35,944 bases of DNA, taken from Octopus bimaculoides. Lineage: Eukaryota. The stretch's first letter is position 1. The number at the start of each line of letters is the position of its first letter. Positions 12,831-23,534 of the stretch are shown piece by piece. Below the pieces are notes generated by a model that made no database searches, was not told where the DNA came from, and worked only from the letters and a program-made list of their open reading frames with translations. Location of the stretch: the NCBI RefSeq assembly GCF_001194135.2, contig NC_068982.1, forward strand, positions 94,084,937-94,120,880. Direction: 5' to 3'. Position numbers and translations under genes: made by a program.

Positions 12831-13332
12831 AATCATTCTTTTTCAAGTAGAAGACAAGCAAGGATGAATATAAGATTGAATGAACTTCACGCTCTTCCCA
12901 AAGATTTTGATGGCGTAAAATAAAATAATGTGAAGGTCGAAAAGAATCTATTTGTTTAATTAGTCAGCCTGTTTTACGTCATGCATTTATTTAAACACAA
13001 ACAAGCTCTCATGTATAGACTTCGTTTTACTTTTATTTCTCAACATAAGAAATGTTGTGCTGAGTAGTGCTAGGAATGCAGAATTTAACTTGCAGCAAAG
13101 TTTTCGTTCTTATGGACTTCAATTCTTGCTTGTTACTATAGAAAATAAAATGAAAATGACTCGAAATATCATTGGAGTCGTTATCTTTCATATCAGTACG
13201 TCAATTAAATTACTACTAGAAATATAAACCTGTCAGTTACATCCCTTACTACAGAACCTCTACGTAGTCGCTTGACATGCTAAAAATTACAGCGGAATTT
13301 TCCTCGAATCATACTCTACCGTCTTAAAAAGA

Positions 13333-13713
13333 AACAAGAGCACTCAGAGATCGCAGACCCCCGCCAAGGCAACACCAACGTCCTCTCAACGATTAGCCAG
13401 GGATGATTTTTAAAATGAGAATATTTGAAATAAACTCGACTGCTCTCACAAACGAGAATACTAAAAGTGAACCCAACCGCTCTCAAAAATGAAGTAAAAA
13501 AAAAAAAAACAGGAAAATAATCCAGAATCCTTGTCCGATACCGGATCGATCCCAAAATCTGACCAGTTCGTGCCAGTTGCAAGGTCAAACATCTCTGAAA
13601 GTTTCATCCGAATCCATCCAGTGGTTCTTGAGATATCTTGTCCACGGACAAGCCAACAAACAAACAAACACCACTGAAACAATACCCCCGCCTTCGCTAA
13701 AGCGCGGAGGTAT
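13333..13713. mobile_element. Non-autonomous Helentron-associated element (HINE / DINE-1-like)
   Basis: Starts AACAAGAG; subterminal ACCCCCGCC at 13357-13365, repeated at 13684-13692; internal (ACAA)n; terminal hairpin TACCCCCGC...GCGGAGGTA at 13683-13712; A/T-rich flanks. Confidence 0.72.
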
Positions 13714-13882
13714 TAATAGATTGGACAATCTAGATCTATAAAATATCTTTGATTAAGTGACTATTTGGTCATAATTAGACTGTTTTTGAATATAGGACTG
13801 TTTTACAAGGACTAACTTGGAGCTAAATAAATGAACATGAACAATAAAAACAACCGCAATGAAAATCGTTATTGCGCTCTTG

Positions 13883-14285
13883 ACTAAAATTTATGGTTAC
13901 CAGATTCTGCAAACACCAATTAATCCAGCACATAAAATATGAAGTAAATACTTCCTAAATCACACTCTAAGTCATTGTTTAATATCTTATCATATTGTTC
14001 AGGCAACACGGAATGAATGAAAAGAGGCGAATGTTCCATAAGATAACTTGCTAAAGTATCACGCTGCGAGTAGGAATTACAAGTGCCGGTTTCACTAATA
14101 GGCTTACTGCTTGCTTCACTGGATGTCTAATAACAATAGAACATAACCGTTATGGAATATTACAAGTGTTAAACGTACGAAAGGCATAAGGAAGGTTTTA
14201 CTTAGAGATTGCATTTTTCTTTTACATTTATTTCGTAATTATCCATCTACCTGATGATATTGTTTCACTGTATTCATCAGATAAC
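13883..14285 (+). mobile_element. Very old LINE (CR1/L2/Jockey-like) RT relic, copy 2
   Basis: Peptides QLIQH, NVP*DNLL, VGITS, NRLTACFTG and FFFYIYFVIIHLPDDI resemble, in the correct order, RT motifs QLLxH, VPHxxLL, YGIxG, NWIxAFLTGR and LFLIYINDLPD. Confidence 0.5.
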
Positions 14286-14446
14286 ATATAATGAATTAAA
14301 CAGAGTTTATATTATTAATATCTTGTGACGAGGTTGGAGAGAAATTTTTCAAACGTCTGAATTCATTACAACACACAGAACCAAAGTAATTCTCACACTT
14401 AAAAGGAACTGTAGCGTATAAGATTGGTTCAGTTAAGATTCCTCAT

Positions 14447-14575
14447 GAATCCTCCTCCTTCTCCTCCGCCACCACATCATCATCATCATCATCATCAACA
14501 TCCTCATCGTCATCGTCGTCGTCATCGTCACCCCCGCATCCGCCTCCTGATCCTCTTCTTCCTCCGCCTCTTCAT
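14447..14575. repeat. Compound (CCT)/(CAT)/(CGT) trinucleotide low-complexity tract
   Basis: Direct reading; source of the poly-His/Pro ORFs. Confidence 0.9.
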
Positions 14576-15209
14576 TTCCAATAATGGCCAAGTGGAGTTG
14601 GGCCACTTCGTGGTAATCCGACCAGCGAGAAAAATCAGTCAATTCCTTCATGAAATCACATCCTCCGTCCGAAGAAAAAAAAAACCCCATAAAGGACTTA
14701 TTTATTAATGTAGCTCAAGATATCGCTAAAGAGATGGAATGATCCTGACTGGAATGTCTTTGACCGTAGAACTGCTTAATCAATGCTGACTTCGTACAGC
14801 ACAACAGCAATAACATCAATATGAAGCAAATATGATATGTAATATATATGTGCCTGGGGTGTTAGGATATTACTGAGGTATGGTGAGGAATATTGGTGGG
14901 ACCGAGATGAGATTAATTGGATTTAACGTATGCAGGATTCTGATGCGTGTCACAATTCTGTACCGAGCTATGAATTGGCACTTGTCTGTACAAAGCAGGG
15001 TTAGAGTCTAAACCTGCAAATAAATCAGGCAACGAAGAGGCATCTTCTGATTGCTCGATCTAAGATATGGTAGGCCAATTTCTCTCAAACTGTCCCTGTG
15101 CATCAGATCAAAACAGGTTAACACTTTTATTCTTCATTGCGCACTACAACCACACACACACATACATACACACACATATACGTACATGTATGTACGTGTG
15201 TATGTGTGT

Positions 15210-15640
15210 ATATCCTCTTTTGTTTTTCATTATTTAAATTCTTACTCTCAGGAAGTACCTGGTTTCTAACAAAAATACAAAGCTCCTTCGATGGAGGGTA
15301 GATAACAAAAACAATGTCACATTTTATACTTGAGAAAAGTCCAGCATATTTTTACTGTTTTACTTTACAGACTGTATTAGTAATGTGCGAGCTAGTTGGT
15401 TGATTTCTTCTCCTAAAAATCCAAGCTTATCGAGACTGCCAGTTAGGCACTCACAAAACCAGGTGCATCAATTATTATTGGCATAAATGTAAATTTGTAA
15501 TTTGTAATATTACTGTCTTCTACAAGTTTTCAGGAAACATACCTAAGCCTTGTCTTTTTTTGACATGTTGGGCGTTTCACAGTTAGGTCTTATTTGATGT
15601 ATGACTGTGTTAGCGAAATTCCACGTGGCATAAGAAGTAT
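15210..15640 (-). mobile_element. Second RLE non-LTR retrotransposon 3' end (related to 899-1254)
   Basis: Minus strand across frameshifts: YKFTFMPIIIDAPGFVS/GSLDKLGFLGEEINQLARTLLIQSV/TVKICWTFLKYKM* (stop at 15317-15319); possible WN...H..RP motif upstream; the UTR runs into a TACA/CA-rich repeat at ~15150-15210. Confidence 0.68.
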
Positions 15641-15879
15641 TTCTTAAAATCCGGTCTGAATAATGCTACGTTGGTGAGTAAAAGTTGTTTCTTTTACTTA
15701 TAGTAAGAGAAACAAGCCATTTACTGATTTAGGATGCAAGTGCCGGCATAAGTGTACAGGAAAACGTTGAAAAAAATTTAAATAATACTCTATGCCTGAA
15801 CGTCTGATGCTAACGGCGCCATCTTGTATGTATATCTGTATGCCTGTATGTATGCATGTATATATATATATATATATAT

Positions 15880-16087
15880 NNNNNNNNNNNNNNNNNNNNN
15901 NNNNNNNNNNNNNNNNNNNNNNNNNNNNNNNNNNNNNNNNNNNNNNNNNNNNNNNNNNNNNNNNNNNNNNNNNNNNNNNNNNNNNNNNNNNNNNNNNNNN
16001 NNNNNNNNNNNNNNNNNNNNNNNNNNNNNNNNNNNNNNNNNNNNNNNNNNNNNNNNNNNNNNNNNNNNNNNNNNNNNNNNNNNNNNN
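15880..16087. other. Assembly gap
   Basis: N run. Confidence 1.
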
Positions 16088-18299
16088 AAAACCAGGCATA
16101 TTTACAAAGAAGCTGAAATATAAAAAAATTCTGTGGCAATTAAATAAACAAGTAGGCAAAGGAATCTTAATTTAACTAATTAATTATGTACATTATAGTT
16201 TCTATTTATGTGCGGAATTTCTTTTGTTTACGTGTTTAATAAGAGCGTCCAGCTTTTCAAAAAATTATTAATTGTCTAATGACTTAATGTTTAAAATATT
16301 AATTCTCTTAAAATTCTCTGTAGAATTTATGAGACATTCTAATTTTTTTACAAGTTTATATTTTAATATAAAAATGTTGAGACCATTTTCTAACGATGTA
16401 CAAGATAAACGAATGCGATTTGATTGGATGTTATATTCAAGTTTTTTCGTCGGTAATGATTAGATTACTGAGTCAAAGAAACGTTGTATTATATCTAATA
16501 CATTACAATAGACAGGTTTTTACAAATAAATAAATGATTGAATGCACTGAATATTCCCTTAAAAATTTGAATTGGACTTTGTCTCATTTAAAATAACTAC
16601 TAATTTCATTATGGGCCGTTAATGATAGAATGCGTAGAGAGCTAGACAAGATTTGAGTTCAGTTTGCATTCGAATCGACTTTATCTGCATTGTCTTTAAC
16701 AATATGAACCACACTTGAAAGAGACATCTAAAATTTAAAAATTGAAGTTACGGTTAGAATTACTGATTGGCTGCTCACTTAATCCTATATGAACTGTATT
16801 TTAAAAAGAATTTCAGCTGTCTATATAATGGTTGTCTCCAATGAAATTATTTTTCTATCATGTGATGATTTCTAGTTTCTTTTTTCGAACCATGGAAGTT
16901 TTGATATCCTGACGTATTAGCTTGATTACTTGTTAGATCTTATCGTATTCTGCAATTATTGTCTTCAACGATAATCGGGCTTAGGTTTTGTCCTCCTTAT
17001 CACAAGTTCAAGAGATTTTTTTATATATGTAATGTTGTTTCCTAGTTTGTTTAATTTCTAGTGGGAAACTGTGTTAATCCTGAAAACATTTCTGATACTG
17101 CATCTTTTTAGTGAGATTTAGAATTTCAGTGGATAACAGACTCGTCTTCATTTTATCCGTACGAGTGAATATATGAGCTAGGCAATGCGTTTTGTACAAA
17201 TGAATAAAAGACACCAGCCTAGATAGCAAAATTAAGAAAATACAACAACTGATGACAAAAAGGTTACAAAACTGTTCTCAATGAAATGATTTACAATACA
17301 GACAGGAGATTAAGAACATTAAAAAGTTATCCATAGGGAGAGAAAAGAGAGGCGAATTGAATTACATTCACGTATGTAACAGAAACTTGTTATCGCATAG
17401 TGGGATAGTGAGACGAATAGTAATAGTCGTGTACATTTTTCTAAAACTATTTGTTTTCAGTTGAAAAATCAAGATGGTACAATAGCCTGGTTTTGCTTGA
17501 GATATATGTGGGAAAATGAACCAGCCATCGAGCACTTAAGGAATTTATTAAATGAATATATATATTTCCTAACACCTTGGTTACATTTAGTAACGTTTGT
17601 AATTCTCCTTTTTGGTGAAACATTTCAAACTGCTGTTTATATTAATTTTATATATACACATAAGTAAATCACTAAACCATCAAATTATCTGGCTGATGAA
17701 AATATAAATGCTACTAGCAAAGGGAGTGCGGAAAGAGCAAAACAATCGAGTGGTCTTAGCTGATGAGGCAAAGGTAATTGCCGAGACTGTCGCGTCAGTA
17801 TTAAGAATTCTCGATCGGCACTTTTCGGATGATTATGGTCCCTTTTAGTGTATGCTTTCATTCATATACGTTACAGCGGTTTAGCTCTTATTTCTTGCAA
17901 TGTAGGTGTTTCCTAACATCCTAGTCACATTCAGTTACATTTGTAATTCTCTTCTTTGGTGAAACATTGTAAACTGCTGTTTATGATAATTTTACACACA
18001 CACACACACACACCATACTATATCTTCTTGTTTTGTGCGCCATATTTCTGTTATCCTCTATCTCTCTCACACACACACATTATGCCATAAGGAAACAATA
18101 AATCATATAGAGCTTCTTGTAATGAAAACAGAGAATTAATAATTTATCTATTCCTTACACATTTCAAAAGAATCATTCATCTGCAGGGAAAAAGTAGGTA
18201 ACGTAGTGTTAGAAACCAGAAATCGCCATGTGTTTTCTTGCTTAGAAGTATCAGCCGTTGAAGTGTTGGTAGAAGCAGGGCTAGCGAGTGAGGTACTAG

Positions 18300-18545
18300 A
18301 CGCAGCTGCGTGATAGTTGTGGTTGTATTGGCTGTGGCTGTAGTATTTTTACTAGTGGTAATAATGATAGTAGTGGCGGTAATACTGGTTCTCGAAGTAG
18401 TCACCGTAGTAGTGACAGCGTATGTAATGGCAGCAGTAGCGGAAGGATTGTCAGTAGTGGGTGCAGTCGGAGTTTTAGTGGTAGTTGCAGTGGTAGTAGT
18501 AACAGCAGTAGCTGTGGAAGCAATAGTAATGTCCTTGGCAACGCG
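18300..18545. repeat. Degenerate (GTA/GTG/GCA)n low-complexity tract
   Basis: Trinucleotide periodicity giving Val/Ala-rich (+) and Thr-rich (-) pseudo-ORFs. Confidence 0.8.
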
Positions 18546-18589
18546 AGTGGTGGCTGACGGATTATACCAGCCATTGGTCTAACTCCAAT

Positions 18590-18722
18590 TTAGGCTTAGC
18601 TTTCTTTTTGAATGAAAATAGCTTCTTTCATCAGCAAAAAGTCGATTTTGCGCTCCTTGACTTCGATGGTAGCGGATGTACTATTGTTGTTAACACATTT
18701 CAAGTTGTGATCCGGAAGGAAG
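18590..18722 (-). mobile_element. Possible Penelope-like GIY-YIG C-terminal fragment next to (TA)n
   Basis: LPDHNLKCVNNN...KIDFLLMKEAIFIQKES resembles the xLxIKEAxxIxxxKPxLN tail of PLE endonucleases. Confidence 0.4.
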
Positions 18723-18732
18723 ATATATATAT

Positions 18733-18832
18733 NNNNNNNNNNNNNNNNNNNNNNNNNNNNNNNNNNNNNNNNNNNNNNNNNNNNNNNNNNNNNNNNNNNN
18801 NNNNNNNNNNNNNNNNNNNNNNNNNNNNNNNN
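18733..18832. other. Assembly gap
   Basis: N run. Confidence 1.
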
Positions 18833-19310
18833 ATATATATATATCTGGATGTATTCACACATATATATGTATGTTAATGTATGTACGCTTACGTATTTTA
18901 TAAGAATGCTGTAGTTCTCTCAGGCCCAATATCCACATGAACAAATGTCAAAGAAATTGAATATGGATTTTGTTCTAACTGTTATCTTTTTTATATATTT
19001 TCAATTATCTATCCATTAATTTCTCAGTAAAGTGCAGCCTTCACTGTATTGGGGCTGTGACGCAATATTTACTGAACATATTGCTATAAAAATGCCATTA
19101 AAGTTGTGTTTACAGAGGTTCTTTGAAACATTTTTGTTATCACAATTTCAGACTCAGAAATAATATAATCACCATTATCAAGAACATCAAACAACGGCAA
19201 GAGTAGCAGCAAGAAAAAAGACAGTAAGTACTGTTTACAGGTTTTGGCTGTCCAGAGAATGCATTTGAAGTTCACAATACAAAGTAACGAATAATACATG
19301 TCAGTATAAC

Positions 19311-19371
<61 letters not shown>

Positions 19372-19373
19372 AG
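19311..19373. repeat. (CAT)n(CAG)n microsatellite
   Basis: Direct reading. Confidence 0.95.
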
Positions 19374-19504
19374 AACTTGCAGAAGTGTCGAGATAAACTG
19401 GCCAATAGAATGAGTTCAACCTCTGAACTGTCGCACAAAACACTATATTCTTCATCGCTACAGAGGGTGCTGCATGTTTCTCAGATATGTTATAATCGGA
19501 AAAA

Positions 19505-19509
19505 TATGT

Positions 19510-19562
<53 letters not shown>
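19505..19562. repeat. (TG)n microsatellite
   Basis: Direct reading. Confidence 0.95.
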
Positions 19563-19564
<2 letters not shown>

Positions 19565-20030
19565 GTACCTCGACTGCTTGAATAAGGCTAACCTGTGTTA
19601 CATAACAATCTGTCAACTGTACTCAGTGGAAAGGCTATAATGGTTTTATAAAGAAGCGACAGGAACACATCAAGTGATTATTATCTCCAAATTAAAGATC
19701 AAAGGAGAGATTAATGAAATGAAATGAGGGGGGGGGGAGAAAAAGGAAGAGACAAGGGAGAGAGAGAGAGAGAGACTAGGGAAATATGGAAGGGAGATCA
19801 AAGTAAAACAAGCGAGATATCTAAATGAATTATGAACTATTAAAGATATTGCAATAATTAGCGGAAGGTGAATAAAAAACAAAAAACAAAAGACACAAAC
19901 AAAAGAAAGGTTGGTTGAATAAGTTCCCAGTGATATGGATAGATAATGAAAAAAAAGTTAATAGAATTCTATATTTAAGAGATGAGGAATTATGTACATT
20001 TGACGGATATTTGTCCTCATCTAGTTTGTT

Positions 20031-20076
20031 AACACAACGCTTTGGCTGATATACCCTCCGGCCTTCATCAGGTGTC
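20031..20076 (-). ncRNA. Minimal hammerhead ribozyme, copy A (GAAA mutated to AAAG)
   Basis: GACAC-CTGATGA-A-GGCCG-GAGGGTATAT-CAGCC-AAAG-CGTT-GTGTT; stem I GACAC/GTGTT, stem II GGC(C)G/CAGCC. Confidence 0.75.
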
Positions 20077-20142
20077 TTGGGGAAATTTCAAACCTTGGGT
20101 TCTCATTCTTAAGATATTTTTCGATGTTATTATTATTATTAA

Positions 20143-20215
20143 GATCACTGCTTGGAATCGAATTCGGAGTCTTGGGGTCAGTAGCCCGCGCTCTGAACCA
20201 CTACGCCATATGCCT
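20143..20215 (-). ncRNA. tRNA-derived Pol III head inside the PLE terminal repeat
   Basis: GGCATATGGCGTAGTGGTTCAGAGCGCGGGCTACTGACCCCAAGACTCCGAATTCGATTCC; A box and B box present. Confidence 0.75.
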
Positions 20216-22240
20216 GTGGACAATTATGGAGTGAATTTTAGGGCTTATAAATCTAATATTTTCTTGTTCTTCCTTGATACTATGCTATTCATATCTGCAC
20301 TCAGTCTGCTTAGGAGGTTGTTGTGTCCTAGCATATGTGCTGCTTCTTTTAGTTTTCATATTTTCCAGTGGTGTTCTTTGTCTATTATTTTAACTTCATT
20401 TCACAGGGGGGAGGCGGTCTCCATTTTTCCATACATGATCAGTTATACTCGATTTATCAATATCTCGTCATGTTATAGCTTTACGATGTTCGTCTACCGT
20501 TATTTTGAGGAGACGGCATGTTTCACCTTTGTATAACCTATTACAGATGCATGGAATGGAGTGTACGCAGTCTCTGGTCATATTCTCTTCTATTGATGGT
20601 TTTACTCGAAGGAGATACTTGCGAAGTGTTGTATTACACTTGAATACTGTCCTGATATCATATGGGCCGCATATCTTTTGTATCTTTTCTGAGAGGCCTT
20701 TCATATTGGGTAGTCAGACTGTGGACAGTTTATTGGTTGCATCCTCTCTTTTCTTCATAATTGGAGTTGATAGTATGTTTTTATGGTAGTTGTTGCTTAA
20801 TAAATTGTTACTGAGCTTGATCATTTCTTCGTGGTTGGTATCATGATCGCTACTTATATTCTTTGCCCGATGTTTTAGGCACTGAGCAATCCCTCTCTTT
20901 ACACTGTGGGGATGGTGGGAAATTGAAGTTAAGATATCGTCCAGTGAGGTTCGACTTGCGGTATACAGATGTCCTGAATCCACACTTGGTGCGTGTTATT
21001 AATACGTCCAGGAATGCTAGCTGACTTGTCTTTTTCCTTTTCTATTGTGAGCTGTATGGAGGGCTTTATTGAGTTCACATGATCTAACAGCACTTGGACA
21101 TCTTCCTGGTTGGGCCAGAGAATAAATGTGTCATCAACATATCGCAGCCATAGTGTTGGTTTTAGTGGTATTAATCCTAAAGCTAAATTCTCAAAGTATT
21201 CCATGTATATATTGGCCTGTTATCGGTGATAATGGCGAACCCATAGCCAAACCCTCTTCTTGTCGATATATATCAGTGTCCATACCGAAATAGGTAGTTT
21301 CTACACAGAAGGTCAACATTTTCATCAAGTTTCTTATTGGTATACTAGTACGTTCTTTTAGATGGGTGTCTGTCATCAGTTTTTCTTGAAACACAGATAT
21401 TGCCTCACCAGCTGGGATTTTGGTGAACAGACGTATCATATCTAGACTCTCCATCTGGCTGAATTCAATGGGGGTACCCTTGATCAATTCTGTGAAGTGA
21501 GTGGAATTCTTCACGTACGATGTTGACTTTCCTGCTAATGGAGTGATTATATCTACAAGGTAGCGGCTTAGTGGATGACATGCAGAATTTCTACAGCTCA
21601 CTATAAGTCTTAATGGAATGCCATCCTTGTGAATCTTAGAGAGACCGTACATCTGTGGTAGTTTACTGTAGTGTTGAGTCAGTTGTCTGTACTTCACTGG
21701 TGTAATGTGATCCTTGTTCTTGATCAAGGTCTGTGACAACTTCCTCTCTGTTTTCAGAGTTGGGTCTTTCTTTTCTTTTCTGTAGCTACCAACACTTATA
21801 AGATTTGCCAATTTTTTACAGTAGTCAGACTTGTTTATCACACTGTAGCATCACCGCTGTAGCATTTCCACCAACAGAAGAGAATATGACCAAAGAGTGC
21901 GTGTAATCCATCCTATGCAGCTGTGCTAGGTTATACAAAGGTGAAACATGTCGTCTCCTCAAAATAAGTGTAAGGAACATCGCAAAGCTGTGACACTAGG
22001 AGATATTGATAAATTGGGTATAGCTGATCATGTATGGAAAAATGGCGACCTCCTCCTCCCTGAGGAGAGCACCACTGGAAAATACGAAAACTAAAAGAAG
22101 CAGCACATATGCTAGGACACAACAACCTCATAAGCAGACCGAGTGCAGATATGAATAGCATATGGGAATCAGTATTAAAGAAGGATAGGAAAATTTTAGA
22201 TTTATAAACCCTAAAATTCATTCACTCTATAATTGCCCAT

Positions 22241-22313
22241 GGGCATATGGCGTAGTGGTTAAGAGCGCGGGATACTAACTCCAAGACTCCAAGTTCGATT
22301 CCAAGCAGTGACC
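22241..22313 (+). ncRNA. tRNA-derived Pol III head (tRNA-Ile(AAT)/Asn-like)
   Basis: A box TGGCGTAGTGG at 22248-22258, B box AGTTCGATTCC at 22292-22302. GAGCGCGGG.TACTAAC.CCAAG resembles the recalled tRNA-Ile arm GAGCGTGGTGCTAATAACGCCAAG. Confidence 0.78.
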
Positions 22314-22385
22314 TGACTAATAATGATAATAATAACATCGAAAAATACCTTAGCAATGAGAACCTAAGGTTCGAAATTTCTCCAA

Positions 22386-22431
22386 GACACTTGTTGAAGG
22401 CTGGAGTGTATATCAGCCGAAACGTTGTGTT
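22386..22431 (+). ncRNA. Minimal hammerhead ribozyme, copy B (CTGATGA mutated to TTGTTGA)
   Basis: GACAC-TTGTTGA-A-GGCTG-GAGTGTATAT-CAGCC-GAAA-CGTT-GTGTT; perfect stem II, intact GAAA. Confidence 0.75.
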
Positions 22432-22809
22432 AACAACAAACAAGATGAGGACAAATATAAATGTAAATAATGTAAATAATGTAAGTAATGAAAAAAAAAA
22501 GTCGTCTGAATATAAAATTAAAAGATTCATTACACCGGTGGGAATCAGCAATTGTAGAGGAATCAGTTATGTCAACTCTGTACGTTAATTTAGTAATATT
22601 TTAACCACAAAAGAATAAAATGTGAATGTGATGCCAATGGGATTTGATCACATACCATAGTGAAGAACTGTATTACTTTCGTTAGCTAAACTTAATGGAC
22701 GTTAAAATGTGCTAATATTTAATCCGCTTTTACAAAAGAAAGTATCTTCTTTGTTTGACAGCATCAACATCTACTGGTATTGTCACGTGTCAAGATTTAG
22801 ATAGTCGTC

Positions 22810-22842
<33 letters not shown>

Positions 22843-22844
<2 letters not shown>

Positions 22845-22935
22845 GAGAATATACAAATAATAACAACAGACGAGGACAGGTGGTGTAAATAACAAAAGTA
22901 TATATTAGTATATATATAGTAACGCTTAGCGTATT
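22843..22935. repeat. Short interspersed-repeat fragment abutting (TA)n, possibly the terminus of a TA-associated PLE
   Basis: GGGAGAATATACAAATAATAACAACAGACGAGGACAGGTGGTGTAAA directly after (TA)n at 22813-22842; family recalled, not verified. Confidence 0.3.
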
Positions 22936-23534
22936 ACACTGAAAGAAGAAACTCATAAAATATCTCTGTAATGCTGAAGTCTAAATCTAAATTTAAACCG
23001 GTCAAGCTAAATCCTCAGTATTGAGATAAAGCATCTTTTAATGTAACAATTTGTCTACAGTCTCATCACAGAAGACTGAATTCTTAGATTTTCTTATCAG
23101 ATAAATGAAGAGGATCATTTACCCCAAAGAATTACTATAAATAACGAGTGAGTATCTACGTGATTACTCAAAGGTAGAACAGTAATTAGACCGTCCCCAT
23201 ATCAGAATCAATCGGTTTAAGAAGGAAATGGTGCACTGGGTGTGATGTGATGGAGTTTCTTCGTGCTCAAAGGTGAAGTGGAATAGCAGCCCTTCCTCAA
23301 GTGACTATGTGAACCGATCTTTGAATGACAAGCTCTGCTGCACCTCCAGTCTGCGCTTCACAGCATTAAAGTGTGAGTCAGTCCATGCAGTCCGATCCCA
23401 CTCTTTTGACTTGGAGATCTGCACACAGCGGCTCAGCAGGCTAAGGTGGCTGGTGGTGACCAGAAAATTATAGGTTTTACATTGGAGTGACCTTCTAGGG
23501 AACTGCCTTACAGGGCTGGAAAGCTCCACCAACA

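Larger units (their letters stand above)
19963..21846 (-). mobile_element. Penelope-like element (Penelope/Poseidon type), 5'-truncated: RT + GIY-YIG + 3' terminal repeat
   Basis: Frameshifted ORFs 21841->20468: LPQMYGLSKIHKDGIPLRLIVS, GLAMGSPLSP, WLRYVDDTF, SHHPHSVKRGI, CVHSIPCICNRLYKGETCR (GIY-YIG); tail continues to ~20235. Confidence 0.95.
21869..22490 (+). mobile_element. Inverted copy of the PLE 3' end (GIY-YIG tail + terminal repeat)
   Basis: Reverse-complement match to ~19985-20600; reads EAAHMLGHNNLISRPSADMNSIWESVLKKDRKILDL* (stop 22205-22207); ends in TAAATAATG tandem units. Confidence 0.92.

Noticed and set aside
18310-18582. Hydrophobic Val/Ala-rich ORF resembling a membrane protein
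   Set aside because: It is a degenerate GTA/GTG trinucleotide repeat; the antisense strand is equally open and Thr-rich.
20042-20536. 164-aa plus-strand ORF and similar ORFs at 21931-22551, 25368-25685 and 26485-26865
   Set aside because: They are antisense frames of the PLE 3' end, with no independent coding evidence.
22241-22313. Functional tRNA gene (e.g. Ser with ACT anticodon)
   Set aside because: Acceptor and T stems pair poorly, the four copies vary in the loop, and all sit inside PLE repeats; this is a tRNA-derived head, not a tRNA.
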